This document shows positions 1 to 13,447 of a DNA stretch of 64,000 nucleotides, in pieces. A program made the position numbers and the translations under genes. Each line of letters starts with the position of its first letter. The stretch's first letter is position 1. The stretch is from Auanema rhodensis (lineage: Eukaryota > Animalia > Nematoda). The DNA is taken from positions 16,678,001 to 16,742,000 of the forward strand of contig OZ059897.1 of NCBI GenBank assembly GCA_964057225.1, in the 5' to 3' direction. The notes under the pieces were generated by a model that saw only the letters and a list, made by a program, of their open reading frames with translations, was not told the origin of the DNA and ran no database searches.

Positions 1-58
1 TTGTGTTCTTTTCAATACTTTTTTATTCAAAATTAGAAAAAAGTTTTAAATAAACAGG

Positions 59-1795
59 ATGCCATCTCTGGATGACTCAACTGTAGCAGCATTTTGGTGG
101 CGTCAAAAGCGACATCCTAGGGTTTTTCATGTTAGAACTCCATCACCAAGAAGTCATTCGTATGATAGTCCACATAGGGTATTATACAAAATAAATATTT
201 AATTAAAAACTAAAAAACTTAAAAATATAATAAATAAAAAAATTATTTTAACTTAAAATTCATTAACTGCATATTTCAGGGTATGAATTTCATTGCTAAA
301 CATTTTTTTGAATACCAATCATTTCAAAATCTTCCACATAAAGCTGTTCAACTTCACAAAACGGTGAGTTTTTATTATAAAATTTATTTATATTTCAAAT
401 TATTCTATTATAAACTCGTATGTTGGAATAATTTGTCAATTTTTAGCCACCACAGCAAGCTGGAACAGATCCTTCTATGGGATGGGCACCAAAGAATATG
501 AATAGAGCCGGAAAAAACCAGCCAGCTCCAGCTTCAAGAGCTAATAGAATTCACAGGTAAATTTAAATATAAATTACTTTTAATATAAATATATAATTAT
601 ATTTTTAATCTTTTCTTAAAAATACTTTGTTTGAAGAGATCCAAGACCGCAAGGTACAAAGCATGGACGAGCTGGAAAGCATGAGCATAGGGATTGGGGA
701 GAAAAACACGGAGGTAAATAGAAATTTTTATAATATTTTAAAAATTAATCATAATGAACTTATTTTGTTCTTAATCATAATATTTAATAATAACAATATT
801 ATTATTATAATGAAGAAATATTTAATATTTGTTTTGCAGAATTAAGAGATGAAAAGGTTGCTCCTCATAAAGATGCTTGGACAAAATTCTTATCAAATGA
901 AGATCATGGGCAAAGAACTGTATTTGAATGTGAATTTGAAGATAGAATATTAGCTGTAAGCTTACATCAAGAAAATAATATTTTCTAATTTTTTTATTTT
1001 AAAGACTGAAGATGAAACATATCCTGAACGTATAGCTAGGTTAAGTCCTGAAGAAAACTTAGATTTTCATATGGCATATAATGCTAATAAGGTAAATCCT
1101 TTTCTATAAAATTTCAAATATTTTTAAATTTTCTTTGTAATAATATTTATTTTTTAGAGTTCTTGTGATAGTGAATGTGAACTATTAACTATATTAACAT
1201 ATGCATCAACAGTACAATTTGTAACAGCAACAGTTAAAAAAGCTAAATGTCTTCCTTATAATAATGGTAAATATTTTAAAAAATAAATAATTTTTCTTAT
1301 TTAAATTTATTTATTTAAGCTCCATTTGCTCGAATAATGTTATTTGATGGAAGACGATTAGTTGAACAAAAACAAACAACTGTAAATCCAGCTGTTCGTC
1401 ATAAATCATCAATGGAGTAAGTATTAATTATAAATTTTTCTTCTATTAAAATCTTTTTTTTCTTAGATCCTCATCTAAACCATCATCATCTTCTGTTTCA
1501 TCTTCATTATCATCTTCATCTGGTGATGCATCTTTCTCAGAATCATTCTTATTCCACATAACACCTGATAAATTAGATAAGTGCCATATAGTTATTGAGG
1601 TTAGTTATAATATTATTTATAACTTATTTATATTTTATTTAGATGTTCGATCATGAAGACAACGGACAAGCCACTTCCGTTGGTCATTGTGTTCTAGGAC
1701 GTCTAGGTCAAGGAACAGGACAAGCTCATTGGGTTCATATGCTGAAAAAACACGGATTGCCGGTGTGTATGTGGCATAAAATTGGAATCAATTAG
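59..1795 (+). CDS. Single C2-domain protein, synaptotagmin C2B-like at the C-terminus, 10 exons; 5' end may extend outside the window
   Basis: Phase-consistent GT-AG exon chain from ATG 59 (MPSLDDSTVAAFWWRQKRHP...) to TAG 1793-1795. The C-terminal part reads ELLTILTYASTVQFVTATVKKAKCLPYNNAPFARIMLFDGRRLVEQKQTT...FSESFLFHITPDKLDKCHIVIEMFDHEDNGQATSVGHCVLGRLGQGTGQAHWVHMLKKHGLPVCMWHKI, a typical C2B pattern. No transmembrane segment seen. Confidence 0.8.
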
Positions 1796-2814
1796 GCTTT
1801 TATCCTGTACCTTCACTTTAGATTTTCTAAAATTCATTGTTAAAAAAGAAAAATAATGATATAATCATCATATTCTCATCCATATGTGGAATAGGAAATA
1901 TTCAAGAAGAGGATATGCTATTCATTTGAAAAGCAAATCATCTTCATCATTGATTTTCTTTTTTACTGTCATGTATTGATCTCTTATACTATTATATTTT
2001 ATATTTTTGTGAATATATGTATGTATACTATGTATTATGTAAATGCGGTTATATATTTCAAAAACAAAAACAAATTATTTGTTACATATGCCATGCTCGA
2101 ACAATCGTTCCCAACACAGGTCATCACTATTAAATTTCTTTAAGAAATTTTTGTGAATTTAAATTTGGTCATTTTATAACAAAATATTTTGATTCGATAA
2201 GTCATTTTTATATTTTTTTTTTGTTTTTCTTTATTTTTGATTATTATTTAATTATGTATAAAAGATATAGAATATAATATGAACGATGGAAAAAACGGGA
2301 ATAAATCTTCTATCATGTATATTTTTATTTATTTTTATATTTTAAAAAATAAAAAAAATAAAATAAAATAATAATTTTTATTATAAATTTAAAAAAAAAC
2401 ATATAAAGCTGAGGTACAAATATAATTATATATATATAAAAGTTATTTATATATATATATTTATTAAAAGTAATATTAAAAATGAAGACAAAAATTGGTC
2501 GAATATACAATGTTTTTACTTCAAAATCAGAAAAATTTTTATATTGAACCTGTCTGAATTCGATATAATAGCCGAGTAAGTAGAGCACAATACTGTGTTT
2601 TAATAATATATATTATATATATAGAATATATATAAATGGTAACCTAATGAATAATGAAAATAAAACATTTTGAAACTGTGAAATTATTTTTTAAAAGTTT
2701 CATCTCACTAAAAATCAAAAAGAAATAAGAAGTAAGTGATGAAAAGTTATCTTTAATCTTTGTTTTTAAATTATTTAAAATTAAAAAAAAACAAAGAAAA
2801 AAATTCAATTCAAT

Positions 2815-3576
2815 TCAAAATTGACTAATTAAATATATTAATATTGTAGTTATAATATTTAAATAATTAGTTGAATTACAATAATCAGCATCACGACAAT
2901 AGCAGATTACAGCATCAACACCAAGAATTTCTTCTACACGGCAATAGCTTTTCTGTTTATATTGAGGATCATATAATTCGGAATTGACAGTTCTCCTAAA
3001 AATATTTTTTTTTACAAAATAAGGAAGCAATAAGATGAAACTTACGTTATGTTTTCACATCCTTTCACAACGTAAATATCACTTGCTGAAATTATTTTTA
3101 ATATAAATATTTTAATTTTCTTTTCTATTTTAAACTTTTTAAAATTTTTCAAATATTAGTTTGGCAAAGTTGAACAACTAAACTTTATTTCAAAATGAAA
3201 TGTAAAAGGTCACATGAATAGCATAGCCTATTTGATATAACTCTTATACATCATAAGCTGAAGTTTAAATGAAATTTTCTCAAAGAAAAATGATAAAACT
3301 TGAATCATTAAATTTGAAAAATTAATAAAACTTACCAATAATTTTCATACATAAATCTCCATAACATGTTCCAGTCTCACATTGATATGATGTTGTACAT
3401 GAAAAACATCGAAGTTTGAGACCTGTAACTACAAATATTTATAAATTTATAAATAATTATATTATTTATAATATAATTAATAAAATAAATATTTTACCAT
3501 GTCTAGAATAATCCGATCTGTGTGCAAGAACTATCTGCACAAGATAGCTAAAGATGACGAGCAGCGAAATCCTCAT
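2815..3576 (-). CDS. Ly6/uPAR three-finger-fold secreted protein, probably GPI-anchored (ODR-2/HOT/sleepless-like), 4 exons
   Basis: Signal peptide MRISLLVIFSYLVQIVLA, then LRCFSCTTSYQCETGTCYGDLCMKII / ASDIYVVKGCENIT / ...SYCRVEEILGVDAVICYCRDADYCNS: 10 Cys with the terminal CYC..YCN motif and a hydrophobic tail (YLNIITTILIYLISQF*). TTTTCCAG acceptor just upstream of the ATG. Confidence 0.85.
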
Positions 3577-6500
3577 CACATCGCCTAACTATCTGGAAAA
3601 ATAGAATTATAAGAAAAATTTATTATTGAAGTTTAAGAACAAAAACTCAAATAAAACGAGAAAAAAACGATTTGAATGTTAAATGAGAAGAAGAGAAAGA
3701 GAGAAAGAGCTTTGGGTTTGTCTTTTCTGGTCCGGTACCCTTCCTTCCTTTCCTCAGCTCCAACAATTTGTTCACCTTTACTGCATGAACCAGAATGAGA
3801 ACAGAATTATTCCAGTCGAATGACTTTTGCACTCAACCAGATATGTACTTGGATATGTAATTTCTAAAGTTTTACTTATTATAATGTTTCGACTTAAATA
3901 ATTTTTTGTTCAGTTGGTCAATGACAAACTTTTTTTTTTAATTCTAAATATAGTTTATAAAAGATATTTTAAATATTTTAAAATAAACAAATATTTGTAT
4001 TAAACATATATATATATATATATTCAATTAAATATAATTAATATCTTTTTTTTAATATTTTAAAATATAAATTAGAAGTACAACATGATTTCCAGATGGA
4101 TAAGCTTTCACACTTATCTTATCTCATATGCACATCACACATGTTACATCCTCTTCATTCAACTATATCATATAGTATATAGTATAATTGTAATTATTAG
4201 TTTTTTTTTTAAACAAATATTAAATAAAAATCATCAAAAACATTCAAAGAAAATATAAAAATAAGTATATTGGCTTTGTTAAAGATTTCTTTTTTTAATT
4301 TGTATAAGACATATAAGGTAAATATACATATATAGAAAGATTATAACTTGTCATTCGCAATGGGGCTAAATATGAATGTTCCAAACCGATAAATGGTGTT
4401 GTTACTCCTCAAATTTCAAAAAGATGAGAAGCATTAGTATTTCATTACTTAAAATCAACTAGTTCCATTAAAATTATATAAAATAAAATATTATTTTTAA
4501 ATAAATATAAAATATTTAATTGAAAAATAGAAAATTATAGTTTTTATATACAAAGTATAAATATATATAATATATAGAAAAAATATATTCTTGGATTGAG
4601 AAAGAGAAGTGAAAGACAGAGAGCAGAAATGAAATGTATGTATGTATGTAGGTAGATAGATAATTGAACTTTCTAAAAATTCAAAAGATTTTTGACAGAT
4701 TTCTTTAATATTTATCCAACTTAAAGAGAATTTGATAATACAAATAGAACATTCAATTGAAAGCGTCAATTCATTCATTTATTAATTTCTCTTATAACTA
4801 TTTATATTTAAAATAAACGACATGTTTTAAGTTTAAGAAAATTTCTTTTTTTTTTAGAAAATTACAAATTTCCGAAGAAGGAAATAGAAATACTTCATGA
4901 AGTAGATGAATGGACAGAAAATGAGTTGATGAGTTTCCTTAAAAATTGACGAAGGCAATGAGACAATCGCAACAACTCAAACTTAAAATATAATTCAACT
5001 AATTATAATCCTTTCATTATTTTCTATATAAATATATATATTATATAGTAAAAGTTATATATATATATATTATATGATATAGTTAGTAAAAATGTATTGA
5101 AAGTATATAAAGGAAAAATATTGATAAAGAATGAATTTTATGCATATTAATAATGAGGAAAGCAACGAAAATTACACCTGACTATCATGAATTAATTTTC
5201 AAATAAGTAATCGAAAATTAGAAAAAGATAATAAAAATCAAAGTAAATATTATGTTTCATAAATATCAAATAAATAAATTAAAATTATTATACTGAATAA
5301 TAATAATAATAAAAGAATTGTTGAATCTTTATTAATAACATATGATTCAATAAGAAAATAAATGAATATTTATATATATAATGAAAGAAAGAAAGAAGAT
5401 TATGAATGAAATAACTCTACCGTATATATGTTTTTAACTATTTTTTTGTTAAAAATAAAAGAAAAAATAACTAATAGTCATTTATAAGTTTTTTATGAAT
5501 GTTTCTTTATTTTAATTTATAACAATAGTTTATATATATATATTTGTATTTGTAATATGTATGGTAAAAGAAAGAATATAACTAAGCTTTAAGCATAAAA
5601 TGAAACTTGCTTTCATTCGTAAGTGATTTAGAAAATAGATTCAAGTTTTCTCCTTAAAAAACTCTTCAAAAATGAAAAACAATTGTTGTGCAACTAAGTA
5701 TTGAAGAGAGATTAAAAGAGAAAAAAAGTAAAGAAAACTCTTGAGAAATGAAGGTGGTAGAAGCAGTTGTGAAAGCTAAGGAAGACACTTTCTTAGATTT
5801 CACACAACTCTAGTGTGCCAACAACCAATTCCGTTAAGAAGGTACGAAGAAACAAAAAAATGTTTGTTGTTTAGTTATGTATAAATACATACTATGTATA
5901 TATAGTTTTTTTTTTCATTTCTTATAGTGATGAAATGAAAAATAAGTTTGATTGAAAGGACTTTTAATGGCAAGCTAAAACGAACGACGACAATATATGA
6001 AAGATGTAAAATTAAATGATTCTTAAGAATCATTATTCATGTACAAATTTACTAAATTTTAATTTATAATGAAGAATATATAGAAGGACTTATAGCTGGT
6101 TTGTGCTTCAAAAATATAAAGAAAGCTTTGAAATAAAGGTGAAAATTTGAAGGAAAAAAACAAATCAATTGTAATTGACAACAAGTCAAAAGCCTCTAAT
6201 TGCCATATCATTTCAAGATGTGAACGAATTGCTTTAAGCTGATTTTGTTTATATTTATCATGCAAGCTGGTAATATTTATAAATTTTATATTTTTTATAT
6301 TTCTATATAAATTTTTAAAAGAAAAAAAAAGAAAAAATAATAGTAACGAAGAAAAGGTTTGTTTGAATAAATATTTTGAGGATGAAAGGTACGCTAATAG
6401 AAAAAAAGCTTGAAGATGTGACAAGATGATGGATAACATTCATTTTCAGCCATCTTTTAATGTGAACATCGCGTGCCTTGTGGCAATCCGAATGAAATGA

Positions 6501-9368
6501 TTTCAAACCTCAAAATCTTCACACCTGAGGCTTAATTCTTAAAATTTCTCAGTCTCATCTCACCATTTATCTTCTTTATCTTTCATTTCTCTCAATTTTT
6601 ATCTTCTTCGTAAAGAAACAAAATATAAAAAAGGAAAAGATATCAGAAAAATAAAAAAAAAAGAAGAAGAAGAAGAAGAAAATTGAAATGAATAAGCAAA
6701 TAATTTGCTTCCGGAATACGAACTTATAATCATATAATATTTACATGTTATCTATATGTTATTCTATATGAATAGGTACAAGAGTAAAGTGCTTTCTTCA
6801 AACTTTTTCTGATTTTTGCATTTATCTTTTACTAGTTTTTCTATGAATCTTTAAAGTAAAAACTATTTAAAACATATGTTTATATAACTTCAATTGCTAT
6901 TCTATCCCATATGATCGTTTTTAAAAGAAAAGACAAAATATTTTCTTAGAAAGAAGAAAAAAAAATTAAAAAGAAACTTAATCTATTCTTCTTTTTTAAA
7001 GATTATTGTTTATTATAATATATTTTTATATTAACAAACATTTTAATTAAAATGAAAAAATAAAATAATTTACAGATATTTTTGAGAAAAAAAAGAAGAA
7101 AACGAATTAAACAGGTAAAACGGAATTTCATTTCGGTTTTATGTACATGTTGTCATGTTTCGAAGCAACAGCTTTAAAGACATAAGCCTAGGTAACAATA
7201 AGCTTTTCTCTATTTCCTTTCAACTCGTCTTGAAAGATTCACAAAAAAAAAGAATTTTACATAATAAAAGAAACAAAAATTTAAAAAATTAAAATGTCTA
7301 AAGAGTAAAACAAAATTAAAAATATTAGAATATGTGTAAGTAACAACATGTTTCATATATTTTGTTTACACAATTCTATATAACTTTAGTTTATTTCCAA
7401 ATAAAATGACGTCTGTCTACAGTTGCAATATGAGAAAATGTTTTAGAAATTGAAATTTTATTTAGATTGTCATTGAAAGTTGTAAAAAAATTTCATTTTT
7501 TTCTCAGAATTCTCCAGATCTATGTAGAAGAAGAACATTTAGTGAAAATACAGATGAAGATGTTAGTTATACTACTCGCTTATATTCATATCTAATATGA
7601 TGATTAGTAAACATAACAATAAGTAATAAGTATAGAGAAAACATGCATGTTGATCATTATAAACATATAATATATAACATTAGACTATATCATGTATATA
7701 ATCTATATAAATATAAGAAGAACGCTATTTGATCACACTGCAAGCTTTCTGGAAGTAAGAGGAGAGAAGAGACTTCGAGAAAACTTCAAGGGAATGAGAA
7801 AGATAAAGAGAGAAAGAGAGAGAGAGAGAATAGGCGATAAATACAGAGAGTATAATGGAAGAAAACAGAAAGAGAGAGAGTAACTAAGGGAAAGGAGATG
7901 TTAAAGCATAAGGTCCCAGGGTTATTTCCGTATATGGCACATGAATATGTCCGGCTTTTAAGCTTTTTCTCTTCGTCTGTACTCTGTATACATATAAATA
8001 TAAATGTAAGAGGGAAAGAAAAAAGTCAGAGAGAGCGAGAGAGATGAAATAGAGAGAGAAAATTCATATATGGATAGAAAGATAGAGGGAAAGAATTGGA
8101 TAGATTAGGAGAGAATAAGAGTAAGAATGTTTACGCTTCAATTACTAATTCTAAAAGAGATTGTTCAAATATATTATAAGACCTACTGAGAGTAAAACAA
8201 CAAAAAAATTTCTTCATTTTTCCCTTCATTCTTATCCTTTTCACCCTCTTCCGCCTTTGACTTCAATGTATTCAACTACTTCTTGCGATTGCTTCCAAGA
8301 AAATTAAAAATTAAAAAAAGAAAAATGAAAATCTTTTTTTTTGATCTCATTAGCTAAATAATATTTTTATGAATAAAATGACAAAAAGAAAAAAGTTTTA
8401 CTTACATTAAACTTTGAATTTCCCTCTTTATCTAGACCAACTAGTGAAGTTAACATCATAGACAAAGATAAATTTGGTTGACAAACTTTAAGAAAAAACT
8501 TGATTCAACTAGGTAATCATTGCTTAAACTTATGGTATTTTAAAGTTTTTCTTATATATTTTATTATTATATACAATATATTTTAAACACATACATGTAT
8601 ATCTATATATTTCTATATATAACTTGAATATTTTACTTTTTTCTAAAACTAGTATACTAGATGGAAATACTGATCTAAGTGTTGAAAGATGAAAGAAAAA
8701 AATGCGATAAGTATTAAGATTTCTAAGCATATGAATAGAACGAATGTTAAAATATTTCAAATATACTATATGTATATAGTTAGTAGAGTTCGTTTTAAAC
8801 GATATATTTTGGCCGACAAAGAAAATACGTAACAGGATGACAATGAGGTGCTAAAAACATAAGAAAATACACAGAGACCAGACACAGAGCTTGTTCGTCT
8901 GGATGAATTGCAAATGTGGTTTTCGTGTTGGCAATGGTAGTAGTGATGGCAGTTGCGGTGGTAGTGTTCTTCGATGCTAACTGAACTCTACTGACTGCCT
9001 TGTTCGACCATGATGACGACTACATAGGTCGACTGTTAAATAGAGAGAAAGAAAAAAATTTGGAGAAAAAAGATGAATAAGATAGAAAAAAAGTTTTTCT
9101 GTTTGTAAATTTGGAAGACAAACAAGAGCCTTCATCAGCAAATAAGATTGAGACTTTTTTTGAAAAGGAAATTGCATTCTATTTAACAACTTCATTTATT
9201 GTATTTTATAGTATAATATATATTTTTTATTTAAAAACTATTCAAATAAAAAACATGTTAATCTGAATTTTTTTTCATAATTATCGTTAAATCTCTTTCT
9301 CTTTCTTTCACACTTTCATCTTCTACTTTTCTAGTTAGTTGTTGCCGGAAATTGAAAATACGATTTTT

Positions 9369-9716
9369 CTACCAAAGTCTGAAATTGTTATGAAAATTTG
9401 AAGTATTCAACTGGTAAAAGAGTTTGTAAGATGACGGAAAGGATTGAAAAAAGTTGAGTGAAGAGGACAAAAGAGCCAAAGTGGCATAATAATGAGTGTC
9501 AACTGGGGAGAACTGAGACATCTGTGTCAGATCGAAAAGAAGACGAGGGGCATAGAGAGAAGAAGAACCGGAATGGCCTCTGAAAGGAGGGTAGAAGTCC
9601 TGATTGGACCCCTGAGAATAGGCTGAGAATGAGCCCTCAAACTGCGGGACTGCCGGCTGCTCTTCATGAAGAGGAATCTCATCGTTTCTACATGACTGTC
9701 TTCGAAGAATTGCCAT
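9369..9716 (-). CDS. Candidate orphan ORF or exon (115 aa), function unknown
   Basis: GC-elevated island in very AT-rich DNA. AAAATG start context with an AG acceptor about 11 nt upstream. No recognisable domain. Confidence 0.3.
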   Translation of the reverse strand: MAILRRQSCRNDEIPLHEEQPAVPQFEGSFSAYSQGSNQDFYPPFRGHSGSSSLYAPRLLFDLTQMSQFSPVDTHYYATLALLSSSLNFFQSFPSSYKLFYQLNTSNFHNNFRLW

Positions 9717-12700
9717 TTTGATATGGCCTTATAAAGAAAACATTGATAGAGTCAACGAAACAAAATTGGAATATCTAAAGTAATAATATTAATATTCAAA
9801 TTATTAATTTAAAAAATAAATCAAAAACAAATAAAATAAAATACTTCGTTTATCAGTTCATCGCTAGTTTTTTGTCTATTTTCGCTTATTTCGGATAGTC
9901 ATTTATCAACTACACATAGAGAAATGACTGGATAAAGCTAACAACTATATGTTAGAAGGAAGATGAAAAATGAAAATTTTGTGTTGCGATTCTCTACTCT
10001 ATGATGTCTCCAGCGAACTTGAACGAAGACAAAATTTGAAAAAATCAAGCACTTGTACAAAATAAAATTAATAAATTGATGTGTAAATATACATCTGTAT
10101 GTATATAGTTTGATATAATATTAGTTTTCTTTATATAAATTTATATTTTAATAAGGTTTACAGATGATTATATAAATAATTATTAAGAAAAACCAAAAAT
10201 ATAGAATTAAGTTTTGAAGTAGAACGAATGTTATATGATAGGATAGAAGCAGTATCACAGCAGCTTTTCAATTGATAGAAGCTTCATGCTAGAATTTATC
10301 AAATTATTCGAAAAAAAATTGATTTATGCTGTGTTAGAATCCAATTAATTCAATTATATGGTCTGACTAATAAATATATTGAATAAAATTCACAATAACT
10401 TATACAGTATATAAAAATATTTTATAAAAAATAAAAAAAATAATTATTGAAATAAGATTTTTAATTAAAAAAAAGAAATATTGAATGAATGACTCATAAG
10501 ATTAGAAAACTGTTATTAACTTTCTATAATATGTTGAACTGTATCATAATACAGTTACCAGTATTTCTTAATACATTTGATTTAAAATTCAAATTATATA
10601 AGAAAAATATTTAAATAAACATATATGTATTTAATAGAAAATTATATAAATTATTATGAAAAAAAAGAATTAAATTAAATATATTTAATAGTTGTCTTAG
10701 TTAAATTGTAGGAACATTGATTAAAAAAAAAATTTGTCCTTTGGCTTTGAAGACAATTTTTAAAAAAACTTTCAAAGAATTATAATTATCTAACAACAAT
10801 AATAATAATAAATAAATAAAAATTAGAAAAAAAGAGTTTCAAAAAGAAATAAAGAAAAAAAGTATTTTTTGTTGCTTTTTTTTTGTTTTTTTCTTTGTTG
10901 CTCATCATCAAAAAACATTATGTAATGATCCTCTGGTGGATTCGGATGCATCAAACGAATAATAAAGGAGAAAGAAAGATTGAGAGAGAGAAATAGAAAG
11001 AAAAAGATGAAGAGAAGAGAGACTATAGAGAGAAAACAAAAATTTAATTATTGACTTGAACAAGCGGAAAATTTATAAGACAGAACTTGAAAAGAATCTC
11101 TGTCAATCAAAGCAATCAAATTAGTTTTTTAACTTATTGGTATAATTAGTTTTTCAATGAACATATTGATAAAGAGAAATTAAAAATTTTATATTTGTAA
11201 TACAGAAAATATATTTTTTGAATAAAATTCTTTCTGATTCCGGCATTTTCGAACATTCTGACGATTTTAAAAATTTTGGTTTTCAACTTTAAGATATGAA
11301 CGAGATGATTTAGACTGTCAACGTGAAAAAAGAAAAAGTAAATGAAGAGTTTTTCAAAATCTTAAGTTTCAACTTGTATTTTCATTAATTTTAATATTTT
11401 TCTTAAAAATTGAAAGATTCTAAACAAATTTAAAACGAATAAAATTATTTATTTATAGATTAAGTAACAAGAAGTCCGATGAGAGAGTAATTTGTAGAAT
11501 AAAATTGACAATGATGTCAAAAATTTTTCAAAAAAAAAAAGAAAAAAGGAAGAATACTGAAACGTGTGTGACAACTCAATTTTCAATTTTATATTACATT
11601 GTAATATTAATCAATCATCTTTAAATATAAATTTTGATTTTAAATTTTATAAAAAAAATATTTATTTATATATATTAATTAAATAAATAAAAATATATAT
11701 TATATAATATATATATATAAATATTAAAGAATTGTTCTATTGAAAAGGAATATTACGATTGAAGAAGAAAATGTGCATACACCCTAGAAAGACAAATACA
11801 TCACATTCGATCAGAAGTGTGAAAGCTCTTGGGAGTTTACATGCAGACAGAATATCTTCCAATTTTCAATCAGTTATAAAAATGTATTTTTGTATTTAAA
11901 TTCTTTTAAAATTCTTTTATTTAATTTAATAAATATAATTGTAATTTATGCTTAAATAATGTAATAGTATAATAGTAAAATACGGATAAGAAATGTATCT
12001 CATTTTCATTTTGTTTTTAAAAATCCAAATGGCATGTTTCCTTTAAAGAAACAAATGTTTAAACATGTTTTTCTTATAAAAGACAAATATATTTTTTATT
12101 TCTTTTATTCCCTAACTATATTATAATATATAAATTTAGTAACTATATATAAATATAGTTTATTATAAAAGAAATAATTAAAAATTAATAAACAAAAAGA
12201 AAATGTCTCTATTTAAAAGTAAAACAAAAATATAAAAGTTGAACTTTTCTGATTTTACGGGAACGAAAATTGCAAAATTAGATATTAAAAGCTTCAGAAT
12301 AACAAACGCTCAATCACATTCGTTAATGTTAAATGAAATTTTTACGTGTAAAGAGTAATACATGACATAGTTTATGGAAAAATAATTTATAAGCAATAAA
12401 TAAACTAATTATAATTGAAATTATAATAAATAATGATACATATATATAAGAAATAAAATGAAAAATTAAATGAGAAGATGCTCATGTTCAAAGACATCTG
12501 CTTTTTCTTTTTTCTTTCTTTTTTAAAATTTAATTTTTAATTTTTTTTTGACTATTCACTCAGCTGTATATGTATATATTATATATTTGAAGTTAAAATC
12601 TTAAGCCGCTTTTCATAATAATTCTTCTATAGCTTTTAAAAAGGATGAAAAACATCTGACCTCTCGTTAGCATTCTCATTAGCTATAGCTATGATGTTTG

Positions 12701-13447
12701 AAAAGAGCTATTGGATGGGCATTAGCAGTCTTTAAGGAATGATATTCTTTCTCTCTCTCAAGTTTTCTTTATCTCTCTCTATTTCAGTTGTCTTAGATGC
12801 TTTCTTATTCTTCTCTTCACCTACATACCTTTTTTCCTTTCTCTACACCTGTAATACATAGATTGTACAATAATTATTTATTCTATTTAGAATAAAATTA
12901 TTTTTATTAAGTTTATATGAAAAAATATTGAAAACTACAACCGTGTCGCAAAATCTTTACAAATTAAAATTACTGTATTATTGTGTATGTAGACTACGTG
13001 AAATACGTGAAATACAAGTATTTTGCATATAAAGTTTGGAGCATTTTCATTTCATTACTAATTGGCTTCAAAATTCTAAAACAAAATATTATTATACTGT
13101 AAATTATAATATATTTATCATTAAAGAAATAAAAAGATTATTTTTATTTTAAAATTATTTAAAAATGAAAAGATAATTTTAAAACTTTATTTTTAATACA
13201 ATACAAACACACTCAAATGAATATTATATATTGAGATAATAAATTGAAAATCTTTCAAATTAACATATGGATTATAAAAAAAATTCTTATTCAATCAAAA
13301 TGTTATTATTTATGAATAAATAATAATGTTTTACTTATATAATCAATACACACACACACACACTCTCTCTTGAAAAGGATTTATATGATGTAAAAGCTTT
13401 GTTTTGCAGGTAAAAAATATTTTTCCATGATATTTCAGAAGTTCAAA

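Noticed and set aside
1791-1797. TTAGGC telomere unit or programmed DNA elimination break site
   Set aside because: Only isolated hexamers (also near 43753); no array and no recognisable elimination motif.
6505-6535. lin-4-like fragments (acctcaa...cttcacacctgagg)
   Set aside because: No full mature lin-4 sequence and no precursor-length hairpin; only short chance matches.
2325-8760. Many 60-126 aa F/I/L/Y/K-rich ORFs here and throughout the window
   Set aside because: Low-complexity translations of AT-rich non-coding DNA, with no splice-consistent structure or domain.
12995-13009. Tandem TACGTG (HRE-like) pair
   Set aside because: Looks like a simple 9-bp duplication downstream of rgs-3 with no clear target promoter.
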